In this document: in pieces, positions 28,491-41,200 of the stretch | Layout: the number at the start of each line of letters is the position of its first letter | How positions within the stretch are numbered: position 1 is the stretch's first letter | DNA from: Epiperipatus broadwayi | Taxonomy: Eukaryota > Animalia > Onychophora | DNA: 64,000 nt | Direction of reading: 5' to 3' | Assembly: GCA_028023455.1 (NCBI GenBank) | Contig: JAQFVV010000007.1 | Span: forward strand, 15,748,001 to 15,812,000 | Notes under the pieces: generated by a model | Told to the model about the DNA's origin: nothing | The model's database searches: none | Seen by the model: only the letters and a program-made list of their open reading frames with translations | Translations under genes and position numbers: made by a program

Positions 28491-29716
28491 CATTATTACT
28501 TTGCTATGTTTTCCCATATCTGACTTCAATGGACCCACAGATGTAATGCTGTTAAAGACAGGATAGAATGTCAAATTCCAGAGGGGATAAATATTGCTGG
28601 ATTAAAGGTCAATCAGACTAGTGGGGCAAATGTCATGTGACCTACCTGAGTAACAACATTGATTATTATTTGTACTACTACTTTGTTAATATGACAGATA
28701 TTCTCTTTTTTTTTGTCTACTATTTTTCATTTCCCATATGTATATATACCTGTGAAAGCAGAGCTTATAATATAATAAAACCGAGATATGAAAAGTTTAA
28801 TATATATAAATTTTTTAAAAATTTAAAAGTATCTTTAATCAAAAATGAAAAGTAATTTAAATAGTGAAAACAATATCATTAAAAAAAAACAATAGATATA
28901 AATGGATTTAAAAAAAAAAAAAAAGATGAAAAGAAAAGATGAAATCGGAGAGTAGTTAAAAACTCCATAGCCGGCATTATTTCAACTTAAAAGGAAAAGG
29001 GAGGTAAAAAATCATTTTTGCAAATTTGTCAGTTTTTTATAGCTATAAATTAAAAATGCATGAGGTATTTCTCTGAATTGGGAACTTTAAATCTCTCTTT
29101 TCTGTTTGTTTCTCAAGCGTATAATTTTTTTCTTAAGTCATCAAAAATACGAGGCAGACCAATAGAAAACTATTATTAAACTACATTGACTTTATTGTAT
29201 GCTATGAGTCACATGTTCCTGAAGGTCAGACCAGCCTATGGAGTCTGCAGGCATTTGATATGAATACACACACACACGCAGGGAGCTACGAGTTCTGTCA
29301 GAAAAATGATCAATTGTTTCTTGACAGATGTTTTGACATTAGGAAAAAATATAATGTGGCAAGTTAATGAGCTTATTCAGATCTGCATATATACGTGCGT
29401 GTGTGTGTAGATGAGATAGATAAAGCTTTACATACACGGATGCTTATAAATGGCAATTGGCACTAATGTTTTTGAAAATAATAAATGGTTAGAACTAAGG
29501 TTTCTGTAGGATATATATTTTATAAAGGAAGTCATTGGCTAGCATTCAAAAAAAGAAAATGATATGGATAATTTTCAAAACGATTAGAAGTGAGATATAA
29601 ACTGTAGTCCAAAAATTTTGATACATGTCGAATTGCCAAATTTCCCAAATAGGAATAGATAATCAAAGACAACCTAAGCTGATAATAAAATATTTAAATA
29701 TGTGTATAAAATGATC

Positions 29717-29879
29717 GGCTGCAGAAAGGAGTTTGCTATTAACTGAAAGGAGACCCTTTGATTCCTCTTGGAGGCCTTAAAGGAACCGAGCAGGGCAAAT
29801 TCCTAATGTCCACTCCATACGTTCTTGTCGTTGCAGCTGTTATTACTATATGTTTATTCATATAGTATACGAACATGGA
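29717..29879 (+). ncRNA. HDV-like (delta-like) self-cleaving ribozyme at the RTE 5' end
   Basis: P1 GGCUGCA 29717-23 / UGCAGCU 29832-38 (G1.U wobble); P2 UCCAU 29814-18 / AUGGA 29875-79; P3 ACG/CGU around L3 UUCUUGU; GU linker; P4 UACUAUAUG/CAUAUAGUA; J4/2 CGAAC with the catalytic-C equivalent at 29870. An extra J1/2 stem pairs 29727-36 with 29795-804. Confidence 0.85.
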
Positions 29880-30008
29880 TGGGCTGCTCACCAACATGCA
29901 TTAGCCAGCGTGGTGAGTTTATTGGCTTTTTACCTCTGAGTTTAAGATCAAGAAACACCATGGTCTTTCTTCTCAGTGCCTGATAAGGCAGAATGAATGT
30001 TTGTGTAA

Positions 30009-31271
30009 ATGATAAAGATTTTTCCCAATTATACAATTATGACAGACAAAAATAAAACATGGCCCTTAATCCCAGGAGGCTGTAAAGTCACCAACCAAGG
30101 CAGCGGTTGGTGGCCGAAGGCGGAGGGTGCTAAGAATACCCTGGAGGCGGACCCAGGCTGCCATTTGATGACGACTTTTTATTTAGGTACTTACAACTGC
30201 AGATCACTTTCAAGTGAAGGAAGATTGCAAGAATTAGAAGAAGAACTCTCTTATATTAAATGGGATATTATTGGACTTTGTGAAGTTAGAAGAAAAGGTG
30301 AAGAGACAATTGATTTAAAAAGTGGACATATGCTCTACTATAAAGGCACAAATATTGGAAATACAAGTGGAGTAGGATTCATTATAAATAAAAAGTGGAA
30401 GAACAATATTGTGGAGATTGATGGTGTATCAGACAGAGTGGCAAGATTAGTTATACAACTTAATAGCAGATATCAAATGCAGATAATTCAGGTTTATGCC
30501 CCAACAAGTTCTCACAGTGATGAAGTAGTAGAAGATTTTTATATGGATGTACAAAAGGCTTTTGATCAGAGTAAACAACATTTTAAAATTGTTATGGGAG
30601 ATTTTAATGCTAGAATTGGTAAACAAATGAAAGATGAAAGTGTTGTAGGTAATTTTGGTTATGGTAATAGAAATGAGAGAGGACATAGACTTGTGGAGTT
30701 TGCAGAGAAGGAAAAACTTTATATTATGAATTCTTTTTTTGAGAAAAATGTTAGAAGGAAATGGACATGGAAGCATCCAAATGAAGGTACAGCAGAATTG
30801 GATTATATTTTGACTAACAGGAAATACATATTTCAAGATTGTAATGTTCTTAATAAATTTAACACAGGAAGTGATCATCGATTAGTAAGGGGTAAGATAC
30901 ATGTTAATGTAAAACTAGAGAGACAAAAATTATTAAGAAAAACTATATTTACAGTTGATATTCCTAATCTTCAGAAACATTCTAATGAATTTAAATTAGA
31001 ACTTACAAATCGGTTTCAAGTATTAGTAGATTTTGAACATGATTCAGATTTGAATGAAATTAATATGAAAATAACTGATACACTTTTAAAAACTGCAACA
31101 AAGATAGCTGGTAGAAAAAAGCAGCAATTGACTAATAAAATTTCTACTGAGACTAGAGAACTTATGAAGAAAAGAAGGAATATGAAGATATGCAAGAATG
31201 ATGCATTAAAAAGAATTGAATATCTCGAATTTTGTAAAATGGTGTGGAAAAGAGTTGAAAATGATATATAA
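30009..31271 (+). CDS. RTE ORF N-terminal part: apurinic-like endonuclease
   Basis: Motifs [37 protein letters not shown] and SDHRLV. Ends at a stop created by a 2-bp insertion near 31267. Confidence 0.93.
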   Translation: MIKIFPNYTIMTDKNKTWPLIPGGCKVTNQGSGWWPKAEGAKNTLEADPGCHLMTTFYLGTYNCRSLSSEGRLQELEEELSYIKWDIIGLCEVRRKGEETIDLKSGHMLYYKGTNIGNTSGVGFIINKKWKNNIVEIDGVSDRVARLVIQLNSRYQMQIIQVYAPTSSHSDEVVEDFYMDVQKAFDQSKQHFKIVMGDFNARIGKQMKDESVVGNFGYGNRNERGHRLVEFAEKEKLYIMNSFFEKNVRRKWTWKHPNEGTAELDYILTNRKYIFQDCNVLNKFNTGSDHRLVRGKIHVNVKLERQKLLRKTIFTVDIPNLQKHSNEFKLELTNRFQVLVDFEHDSDLNEINMKITDTLLKTATKIAGRKKQQLTNKISTETRELMKKRRNMKICKNDALKRIEYLEFCKMVWKRVENDI

Positions 31272-31417
31272 GAAAGTATAACTGTGAACTAGCAAGAAAA
31301 GCTGTAGAAGAAAATAAAAGTCTTAAGAATGTAAAACAACATTTTGGTATTGGTAGGAAATTTATATCTGCAATAAGGAAAAAAGATGGAATTATTACTA
31401 AAAAGAGGGATGACATT

Positions 31418-32998
31418 ATGAAATTGGTAGAAGATTTTTATCAAGAATTATATAGTAATAAAGAACAAGTACCTCCTATATCTATTACATCTTCCGAATT
31501 GCCCAGAATTTTAAATGAAGAAGTGAGAAATGCAATTAAATGTATGAAGAAAGGAAAGGCTCCAGGTAATGATGGAATTATAATTGATATATTAAAAGAA
31601 GCAGGTGAAGAAACAGAAAAAATATTAGCAAAGTTATATACCAAATGTCTAAATGATAAAGATGTACCGGATGATTGGAAGAATGCAGTAATAATATTAA
31701 TATTTAAAAAAGGTGATAAAGAAGATATTAGAAATTACAGACCTATCAGCCTTTTATCAGTTTTATATAAAATTTTTACCAAGATAATTACAACTCGTCT
31801 ACAGAGAACCTTGGATTTTCACCAACCAAGAGAACAAGCTGGATTTAAAAGTGGTTTTAGTACAGTAGATCATATTCAAGTATTGAGAGAAGTTATAGAA
31901 AGGACAAATGAATATGAGTTGTCATTATGTTTTGGATTTGTAGATTATGAAAAGGCATTTGATTCTATAAACATTTCTTCAGTGATTAAAGCATTGGATC
32001 ATCAAGGTATAGATCCAGGATATTGTCATATTTTAAAGAATATTTATAAAAATGCAACAGCAACAATTAGATTACATAATGATACTGGAAAAATCAACAT
32101 TGAGAAAGGTGTAAGACAAGATGACTCCATATCTCCAAAACTCTTTACAGCAGTGCTACAAGAAGTATTTTGTGGATTAAAATGGGAAACTAAAGGAGTG
32201 AAAGTAAATGGAGATTATTTAAGTCATTTAGATTTCGCAGATGATGTAGTTGTTTTTGCAAATAATGCTTCCGAGCTGCAGGAAATGTTGCAGAAGTTGT
32301 CAGGTGAAAGTGGGAAAGTGGGACTAAAGATAAATGTTAAAAAGACTAAAGTAATGTTTAATCGATTTGCTCAAAATATGAAAATAAAGATTGATTATGA
32401 TGAATTGGAAGAAGTTAAGAGTTACAAATACCTTGGTCAGATTATTAATGCAGATGGAAACATAATGGAGGAAATTAATCATAGAATTAAACTTGGTTGG
32501 AGTGCTTTTGGTAGAAATAACTTGATATTAAAAGGAAATATGCCTATGTGTTTGAAAAGAAAGGTTTTTAATAAATGTGTTTTACCAGTTCTTACTTATG
32601 GATCTGAGACTTGGACACTTAATAGAAGATCAATACAGAGACTTCAGACCACTCAAAGAAGTATGGAGAGATGTATGTTGGGAGTAACAAGAAGAGACCG
32701 AAAACGCAATGTATGGGTAAGAGAACAAACAGGTGTTACTGACCTCATTGAAAAAATTAAAAGATTGAAGTGGAGTTGGGCTGGACATATTGCTAGAAGA
32801 GATGATAATAGATGGACAATTGAAATTTTAAACTGGATTCCAAGAGATTGTAAAAGACCCAGAAGGAGACCACATGTAAGATGGATGGATGAAATAAGAA
32901 AATGTGTAGGGGTGATGTGGAGAAGAGAAGCTAAAGATCGGAGAAGATGGATTAAACTTGGAGAGACCTTCATCCTGCAGTGGATTGATAATGGTTGA
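31418..32998 (+). CDS. RTE ORF C-terminal part: reverse transcriptase
   Basis: Motifs [30 protein letters not shown](D)[26 protein letters not shown] and WSWAGHIAR. The frame is open upstream to DIRKYN, so it was originally one ORF with 30009-31271. Confidence 0.95.
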   Translation: MKLVEDFYQELYSNKEQVPPISITSSELPRILNEEVRNAIKCMKKGKAPGNDGIIIDILKEAGEETEKILAKLYTKCLNDKDVPDDWKNAVIILIFKKGDKEDIRNYRPISLLSVLYKIFTKIITTRLQRTLDFHQPREQAGFKSGFSTVDHIQVLREVIERTNEYELSLCFGFVDYEKAFDSINISSVIKALDHQGIDPGYCHILKNIYKNATATIRLHNDTGKINIEKGVRQDDSISPKLFTAVLQEVFCGLKWETKGVKVNGDYLSHLDFADDVVVFANNASELQEMLQKLSGESGKVGLKINVKKTKVMFNRFAQNMKIKIDYDELEEVKSYKYLGQIINADGNIMEEINHRIKLGWSAFGRNNLILKGNMPMCLKRKVFNKCVLPVLTYGSETWTLNRRSIQRLQTTQRSMERCMLGVTRRDRKRNVWVREQTGVTDLIEKIKRLKWSWAGHIARRDDNRWTIEILNWIPRDCKRPRRRPHVRWMDEIRKCVGVMWRREAKDRRRWIKLGETFILQWIDNG

Positions 32999-33239
32999 TA
33001 ATGATGATGATGATGATGATAAAATGATCGGTATAGTGACAGACTGAAGTTTTAGATCCTTGGACTATTGGCTCAACTGTCACTTCTGGTGCTTGAACTA
33101 AGTATGGATCCCCAAGCAATGCACCATTGGATTGTTATGTAGATATATCTAGATTTATATTTTTTTAATTTCTCACCATTTATAAAAAGTATATGCAAAA
33201 TGTTAGTTTAGTAATTTATATTTAAAGCATTCAGTATTT

Positions 33240-33352
33240 TTTTCTTTCATATATCATAGCATCGGCCGGGAGGCGAACCCGCAACAACTGTCTCAACCAA
33301 CTGCTTTGCTTGCAAGGCGGCTGCGCTGACCTCTCGGCTAACAACGCTTGAC
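33240..33352 (-). mobile_element. tRNA(Ala-like)-derived SINE, family E, with a 16-bp TSD
   Basis: TSD aaagcattcagtattt at 33224-33239 and 33353-33368. Minus strand shows tagccgagaggtcagcgc (A box), ccttgcaag (TGC anticodon loop), gggttcgcctcccggcc (B-box-like) and an A-rich tail. Confidence 0.85.
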
Positions 33353-35039
33353 AAAGCATTCAGTATTTGATGATAAAATAGGTGCTAACTACTAATAAAC
33401 TTTATTAAGGAAATCAAAAAGAAGGACGAATCAATAGCGCCAATGGAAATATTTAAGGCCACATGGGAATTATTTGACTTATCAGACGCCATTTCGATTG
33501 GCTGAAGATATACATATAAGAACTAAAAAGAATGTATGTATATACTTCAACAAAAATCAATAAGTTAAAAACTAACTGTGATAAAACACAGATACTGAAG
33601 CTTTAAACATAAAATTAAAAATATAAAGCCGAGCGCATTCGGGGGACTTAAGCCTCCATAATCATAGCTCAATACAAAATAAATACAAAATATAAACACT
33701 TATTCAGATCTTATTTTTGTAAACATTTATAACCACTGAGTAAAATGTAAAACCTTAGAATAATAAAAGTAATCTTTTAATTAAAAAAAAAAATACTGCA
33801 TTTACAATGAGTTATATTTTGGGACACCTTTGAATACATCATATATTAGTATAATAACTCCTGTTTTGTTGATAAGTTTTGATTACAATACATACTTAAT
33901 AATAAAATTGCTATTTTTCTCTATCACATTTGGTTTCTTAATGATTCATAATATTGTATATCTTCAATTTTTCTGAAAACTATTACGATTCAAATTGTAT
34001 TAGCTTCTTTACTTTCAGATTAAATATTTATTGTACTCATCCCCTTTCTACCATGTTTTTTTTTTTTTAATCTAGTAAGAAAAAATTTAGCACGTAATGA
34101 TGTAAAGTTTTTTTTCTTTACCAAAAGCAAAATATACCTTTCCATCAATTTTTTAATACCTCTGCAGTTACTTAATGACTTAAAAATCCTTAATTATTAA
34201 TGACCGACCATATTGTTGCCATAAGCATTACTTAGAAATTAATGAAAATTGACTATTGATTCCTTTTGTCTCAAGTAGAAAACAAAAGCAAATCATAAAC
34301 AACGCTGCTATGAGTTTTTGGTGAGTGTTAAATTGAATCACTTAAACAAAAATAGTCTGCGTATCTAGCTAGAATTAACTGCACGCACACATACAATATA
34401 TATAAAATAGGCGAATAAAAGTAACCGGAAATTGTGTGTAAAAAACGCTTATCATAAACCTTTCTCCAATTATCACTAGAAAATAATTTTATGTACTTAA
34501 GCCAAAGATATTCCAGGGCTGATCAGTTCTGACGAGTGCAGTTTGAATAGTAGTTTCACATTACCATTCAGCATTATAAGCCTACTTCAACATTGTGGTC
34601 TCATTAATCTGAATATTTTAATGTATATCTGCATCTATATATTGTATGTTTTCCACAGATTTTCAACACTGATTAGATTATAATGCAAGTACGGTGATGG
34701 GTGATGTGTGCTATCGGTTAATCATCACTGATTATTATTTCCACTTGCTTGCTATCTTCATGAGTCAATTGTTTAACTATAGAACTGTATTTATAATTTT
34801 ATTGAGCACTTACATGATGTTTTACTTGAAATGCTTTAATTTTATAGATAACTTGACTTTATGAATCAATATATAGAAAGATGTCAAAGTTCAATTTAAT
34901 ATTAATTTTGCACTATGTTCAATGACATATATTTGCAGCACTAGAACTAGAATTATATGAAGCCATTTTGTTATGGTATCCAATAACTTTTGACTTGCAG
35001 TATATAAGCAAAAGATAAAACAAAATATAATCTATCACA

Positions 35040-35330
35040 TGACTAGTTTACATATTGCTGTTTTAATAGCTTACTTTTTCATCTTTTATATGCCACTGTT
35101 TGTTTGCTTTAGAAAGGAGTGATAGTTGCCAGATGAGAGTGCTTAATAAATTTCTAGCCTGTGCTCTCCTATCCAAAATCTCCAGACTATTTTCAAACTT
35201 ATGACTTTCATCAGTGTGGAGCTTTGGATCTTGGAACAGTGCAACTGGACATTTAGGATCTAGCACATCTTTCCCTCCAGCCCCCATCATCTATCTTTTA
35301 TGTTATACTATCAAGCTATCACCATCCCAA
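35040..35330 (-). mobile_element. Family A hammerhead element, left member of an inverted pair
   Basis: Minus strand ctccaca CTGATGA aagt-cataa-gttt GAAAA ta GTC^ tggag (35179-35222). Reverse-complement similarity to 35430-35690. Confidence 0.75.
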
Positions 35331-35429
35331 ACTAAACAATGAATGGCATCAACATAAGCAAAAGCTGAATTGGATTTTGTTCTAAGCATGTTGGCTTAGA
35401 TTGAAAATATTTATATATTTTTCAGTTGG

Positions 35430-35690
35430 TACTGATAGCTTGATAGTATAACATAAAGGTAAATGATGGTACTTGGAGAGAGGAAAGTTGCATTAGTTCT
35501 TAAACATCTAGTCACACTGTTCTAAAATTTAAGGCTCCTTATTGATGAAAGTCACAAGCTTGAAACTAATCTGGGAATTTTGGACAGGAAAAGACAGGAT
35601 AAGGATTTATTAAACACTGTCATCTGGCAACTTATCATTGTGGTTTCTAAAGCTTATTATAAGCGGCACAAAAACGTGAAAAAATATGGT
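35430..35690 (+). mobile_element. Family A hammerhead element, right member of an inverted pair
   Basis: TTGATGA aagt-cacaa-gctt GAAAC ta ATC tggg (35542-35575). The flanks match the minus-strand copy. Confidence 0.75.
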
Positions 35691-35729
35691 TTTAAAAAAA
35701 TGATAAAACAATTTTTAGTAGTCCTTTAT

Positions 35730-36640
35730 ATGAAAAAATCTCCATTGATTAGTGAAGAAAGTTCCATCAATGGTTTTACTCCAGTTTTACTTGTCAATTA
35801 AAAAATATCTAGATACCCATTTACTAACCAATAATTGGATATTTATTCAGATTAGCTATGAATCCAATATTGCTTGAAAATTCTCAGTTATCTAAAAGAA
35901 TTTTCAAATTCCACTTGGATTGAAATTCCACATTGTGGTCATAGCAGACAGATGCTCTAGCCACTTAACATCAGAGCTTTCATTATAACTTTTTTAATAT
36001 TTATTGCAATTCTGCTAATGTAGAAAGCATTGTGACTGATTATTAAACTAGAAATCCTTACTTAGATTTTTGTGCTTTAAAATATTTTTGTTTCTTCTAT
36101 TCTTAGAGTTTTGAAGTTCTATTTTCATAATTTTTTTTCGAGTGTTCTCTTATTTCATTCTTTTTTTTGCAATATCTTGGCCATACTTGTTGATTTACCA
36201 ACATTTTTATGCAGGAAAAATTAATCTAAGGATTAAAAGTCATCATTGAACAATTTTTGCAATTAATTAAAGAAAAGAAATATCAAATTCAATTACTTAG
36301 CAAGAGCTTTAGGCGTACAAGTCATTTTCTGATTTCTTGAATCTTCAACCAGAAGAGCTCATATATGTGTTATTAAATCGCAAGTAAAAAAACTTCTTCC
36401 TTTTGTTTGTTTATTTTAAAATGTAAAAGTATATAACATAAAAAAAATTATTCACTCAATTTTCAGAGGACTTTTTCAAAAACTTAAAAAGTTGATCAAT
36501 TGCTATACATTGTTATGAGATATTGTAAGCAATAGTGGTTTAGCTCTATTGACTTGCTAATTTCATTCTCTTCTGAAATAAAACCTAACAAATATATGTT
36601 GTAGAATTGTCAGGTAAAGAATTTCTTAATAGGTTATATA
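35730..36640 (-). pseudogene. Possible hAT transposase relic
   Basis: Minus-strand YNESSDVKWLEHLSAM resembles the hAT xTRWxS motif; otherwise heavily decayed. Confidence 0.3.
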
Positions 36641-37979
36641 AAAGCATTTTAAATCATAACTGTACTTTATAGATACTGTGTACTTATATATAATTTGCTT
36701 TTTATTTTATTGAAAACTTTCAGCATAATTAAATTGAACTAACATTGCAAAATTTAATTTTCCCTATATAGGGCCTTAGTTTGAATACTATTTCTGTCAA
36801 AATAAAACTTTTTTAACAAAATTAATTTTAAATATAATGAAAGAAACAAAAAAATTGTACAAGTTGTACATTTATTTAAGATGATTACAAAAAAGAAAAA
36901 CAAAGCTTATAATTTATGTTAATTAGAATGATATAACACTTCCCTGCCCCCCTTCACCTAACAAAAACAAGTTTAAATCTTATCTCAAAACATCAAATAA
37001 TACAAATATATTTTGTATTTATTACATAAAATTATATTTCTAATTATCAAAAACAATTACATTACCATTACAATTATTTTCACTTAACAATACATTTTGT
37101 GCAGTTTGAGTTCTGCAATTTAATTTCTGGGAAATAAAGAATTTTTTGCTGATAGCTTCTACTATTATCCTATAATAAAAAGGAAATTAAAATATATAAT
37201 CTTTACCAATCCCTTGTAACTATTTACTATAAAATTGCATTGCAACTATTATTATTCAGACATTTGAATGTCATAAGTCACATTGTGACTAATGAATTTA
37301 ATCAACAATGCCAATTCAAGGTAATCCAGGATTTGCGGAGAAAAGTGAACAAATATAGTGATCATTGTGTAAGAATGTTTAATTAGTGAAACTTTAATAT
37401 AGGTATTGGTTGATCATCATTCAAGAGGCATTACTTTAAAAAAATATTTCTTATTTATATTTTCATAATTTATAGTTTCATTTTTTCTAACACACATCAA
37501 AATTTATAACAGAAAGCACTTAAATAACAGACAAAGGGGGGGGATTAAAAATTCAATATATATTATTTATAAATAAGTTTGATGGGTCATCATTAGTGAT
37601 TCATGCACAGTTATTCCATTGCGGGATTCATACAACTAAAATTTTCTGGATTAGCTCAATCTGAAAACAATTGGGCAAACTGAATTTTATCACTTTGATG
37701 TGTAGCTTATGGTAGTGGATTTTGAACATCATATCATTTTTTGAAAAATGGATTATGCAATTCTATATGTAATATTTTGTTACATTTTCTCCATCTCTTA
37801 AATCCCTGTTCACATACCCAAATAATTTCTATTGCACATAAATAACTATTAATTTGAAACACCTCTTTCCAGAGTATTTTTAGATTTGTAAATTTTTTTG
37901 AATTTTCAACAATAACCTCCCCCCCCCAATCCAAACATTGTAAAATATAACTCCACTGAAAGTCTAATAAAGGAAGGCA

Positions 37980-38260
37980 GTCTGAGTTTCTCTGCTGGTG
38001 GATATTTGTGATACAGTTGAGTTGATGAGAAATAAGTTGATCTGAGGTTCCATGTTGATGGATGGTTGATACAGTGGAGTTCGTGCGATTATAAGAGGAT
38101 CATCTGAGGTGTTTGTGGATAGTTGTGATATGGTGGAATTGATGAACTATAAGAGAGATAGTCTGGGGTCATGTGTTGTAGGAGGATTGTGATAGGATTG
38201 AGTTGATGATGTATAAGAGAGTGATCTGAGTTTCTGCACAGGGAAGTGGTTGTGAGAAGG
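37980..38260. repeat. Degenerate ~60-bp G/T-rich minisatellite (~4.5 units)
   Basis: Units begin tctgag/tctggg and contain tgata...gagttgatga...tataagag. A related segment occurs at ~9540-9575. Confidence 0.7.
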
Positions 38261-41200
38261 TAAAATTGAAATGGTGGATGAATGCATTGATAAAACTAAA
38301 ACCATGAAAAGTAATTTTACTATCTATTGTCTATTGTAATATATTTGAAGTAAATCAGTTTTCACATGTGCTGTTTTAATATAAATTAACACTTACTCAA
38401 GCCTTGAATAATGCATGGTAAGTAAAGGTTGGCTTATATATAGATAATTTTGAAGGACAAATGAATTTTCATGTTCTTTAAAATCTTTGCTTACGGTTGA
38501 GTGTGTGTCAATTTATATTAAAACAGTGCATATGTGAAGATTGATTTACTTCTAAATATATTACAATAAAATATTTATCAATATATACTTTAAATGATCA
38601 AATTTCAAAGTTAAAATTTGTCCAAAATGTTACCTTCTATATATAAAATTAAAAACAATCAATTTAAAACAAAATTGAAATAGATAACTCACTATAAATA
38701 AATAAAAAAATTAATATATCAATCTGGTTTTCATTCCTTAATGGAATCTTTTCAATATGTTTCTTTATAGCAACTCCTCCACAATGGACAATTAGGGGTG
38801 GGTGGGTGGTATTGTTAGATTATTGGAAACTTTAGAGTTATAAATTATTATTATTATTTAGATTATTGATAAATATATATATTATGGGGGGGGGGGGAGG
38901 CTTGTAATAATTTTAATCATTTTTATGTACTGTAATGGTAAGAAAAGTAGAGCTGCTCTAACCTCACCTAGAGATATACGTAAGGGGATTCAAATCTCAT
39001 CTATTCCTCCAGATTACTACCAAGTAACTTACTCTCCAAACCTTACTAGAATTAATTCTTTAATGTATGCCCGATGGTCAGGGAGAGATGAGATCCAAAA
39101 GGGGAATTTTAACAGATGACAACCAGGTTTATATATATATATATATAATAAGACTATATCATAATAATAAATGAAAGTTTGTTGTTTACATTAACAAAGT
39201 AAATTAAAGAGTAAAAAAAAGTGTTACAACTTATTTCTCTTGCAACAACATACTTATATATATATATATTTACAGAGAGATATATATATATAAGATCCAA
39301 TAATTCTTGTGAATAATAAATCAATAATAATGAAATGATAATAGACCTAGACAACAATCTGGTTACTTTCATTTTAAGGCAAGAGATATAGTGATGCTAT
39401 AACTATAGGGTATAATTACAAGGTAGAGTTAATTGGTTAAACCAGTTAAATACCAATTAGGTCAAGTTCGAAGGTAGCCTATTTTAATTCTTGAAACTTA
39501 ACTATAGGAACCCCCAATGGATAATTTCAGATTTACAAGATAACATTTCAATTATATTTAGAATAGATTTTAATTTAAATGAAACAAAAATAAACATCCT
39601 GGTCCTTGGTTATCGAATATGTGAGTTTAGAGAGTGTGTCTTGAGACACGATGGCTTCATAAGAGGCTAACTTGATGCTGGATATTACTCTGTCTCTAAA
39701 CTATGGTTAGGGAAAAAGGAGGGTGAACCAAATTCAAGAATGAAGTTTAATTGCTTGTGTCCAATTATATATTTGAAGATTGCGGGATCCAATCTATCAA
39801 CTAATTGCAATCCTGTGGTGGTACGTTAGCTCATGAAAATATGATGAAGGGAGCAATGAGTATATGCTGAAACACACAAGGATCACCAAATAACACAATA
39901 TGACAAAACGTGGTCAAATGACCTTAAATTTACAACCTTATTTGTTAACATATATAAAATTATATGACTTCGAAATATTATGAGCCAGAGAAGATCCGCT
40001 ATAAAATAATTATTTAATTTCCTTTTTAGAGATTATTAATTTATATGAAGGGTGGATATATTAATCATTAATTATGATTTTACTAGTTTTTCCATAGAAT
40101 TAATAAATATTTCAGACTTTAGTTTATATACATTTGTACTGTGCACTCTTTTACATCTTAAATAATAATGAACGTCTAATTTAACTTACGTTCTACAGAA
40201 ACATACATATATAATAGTAACATGCATTTTTTATAATTAAGAAAAATGTTTATTAAAACAATAATTGATCAAAAGTATTTAAACTACATAATAAAAAAAA
40301 GAAAACAGTGAAAATCTTTCAAGAATTAATACTCCACAAACAAAATGAATTTAAAATTCTATTCTGTATGAATCTGCTATGGCGTACATGCACAAATGAC
40401 AAATATTGACAGAGATGGTGTATGCTCTAAAAACTTTTATCACATCACTTGTTATACAAGAAGTTCCCTAATTGTCAAAACTTGTTGTATGAATGCTGTG
40501 ATATAGGATGAGCTTCTCCAACTCTTGAACTGTATTAGAGTAAAACAGTATTGTAGGAATATTATGTTACGGGGGGGGGGGTCCGTAAATCTCAAACCAT
40601 GTTGTAGGAATGCTGTGTTATATGAGAGTTGCCTGTATATATAATTACTTTTGCAAATGTGTATATATTTGTAATAAAGACCACTTGTTTTCAAAATCTA
40701 TTATAGAAAACGGTTATTTATTATTTCTTTATTATTGAAATACATTTTTATAAGTATTTATATAAATCAAAACTTTTGAATCATATGTACATACAATACA
40801 ATTTTATATAAAAATATGATATAAGAGAAAAACATTTGAATTCTAATATTTTCTTATAAGATAGATATTGTGTGTCTTTTAAAATCTACAATAGAAAACG
40901 TACGTTTTTTTTCTCAATTACAATATAGGTAGCTTTTTTTAATTGAATTTTTAATTAAAAAAAAATAAGAAACTCAGTTGTCCTAATGAATAAAAAAATG
41001 CCAATAAAAATTGGATAACTAAGTTTGCACATTTGCTTTTCCGTGTTAAACGGAAAGCCAAAGAGGGTTGAGGGGAATATTGAATATCTCAATTAAAACT
41101 GCCACCTATATCAAATTTTACAAATTAATATTTGAAATAAAAAACCCACAAGTTTATAAGCTGAATAATTTTTAATGCACACATCAAAATGTAAGAATCC

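Larger units (their letters stand above)
29717..33018 (+). mobile_element. Full-length RTE-clade LINE
   Basis: TSD ataaaatgatc(gg) at 29706-29718 and 33019-33031, APE plus RT coding region, and a (GAT)n 3' tail at ~32996-33020. Confidence 0.96.

Noticed and set aside
30447-32973. Minus-strand ORFs overlapping the RTE
   Set aside because: Antisense shadows of the RTE coding sequence.
39840-39885. ATGATGA...GAAAC spacing resembling a hammerhead
   Set aside because: C3 missing, weak stem II, no NUH or stem I, single copy.
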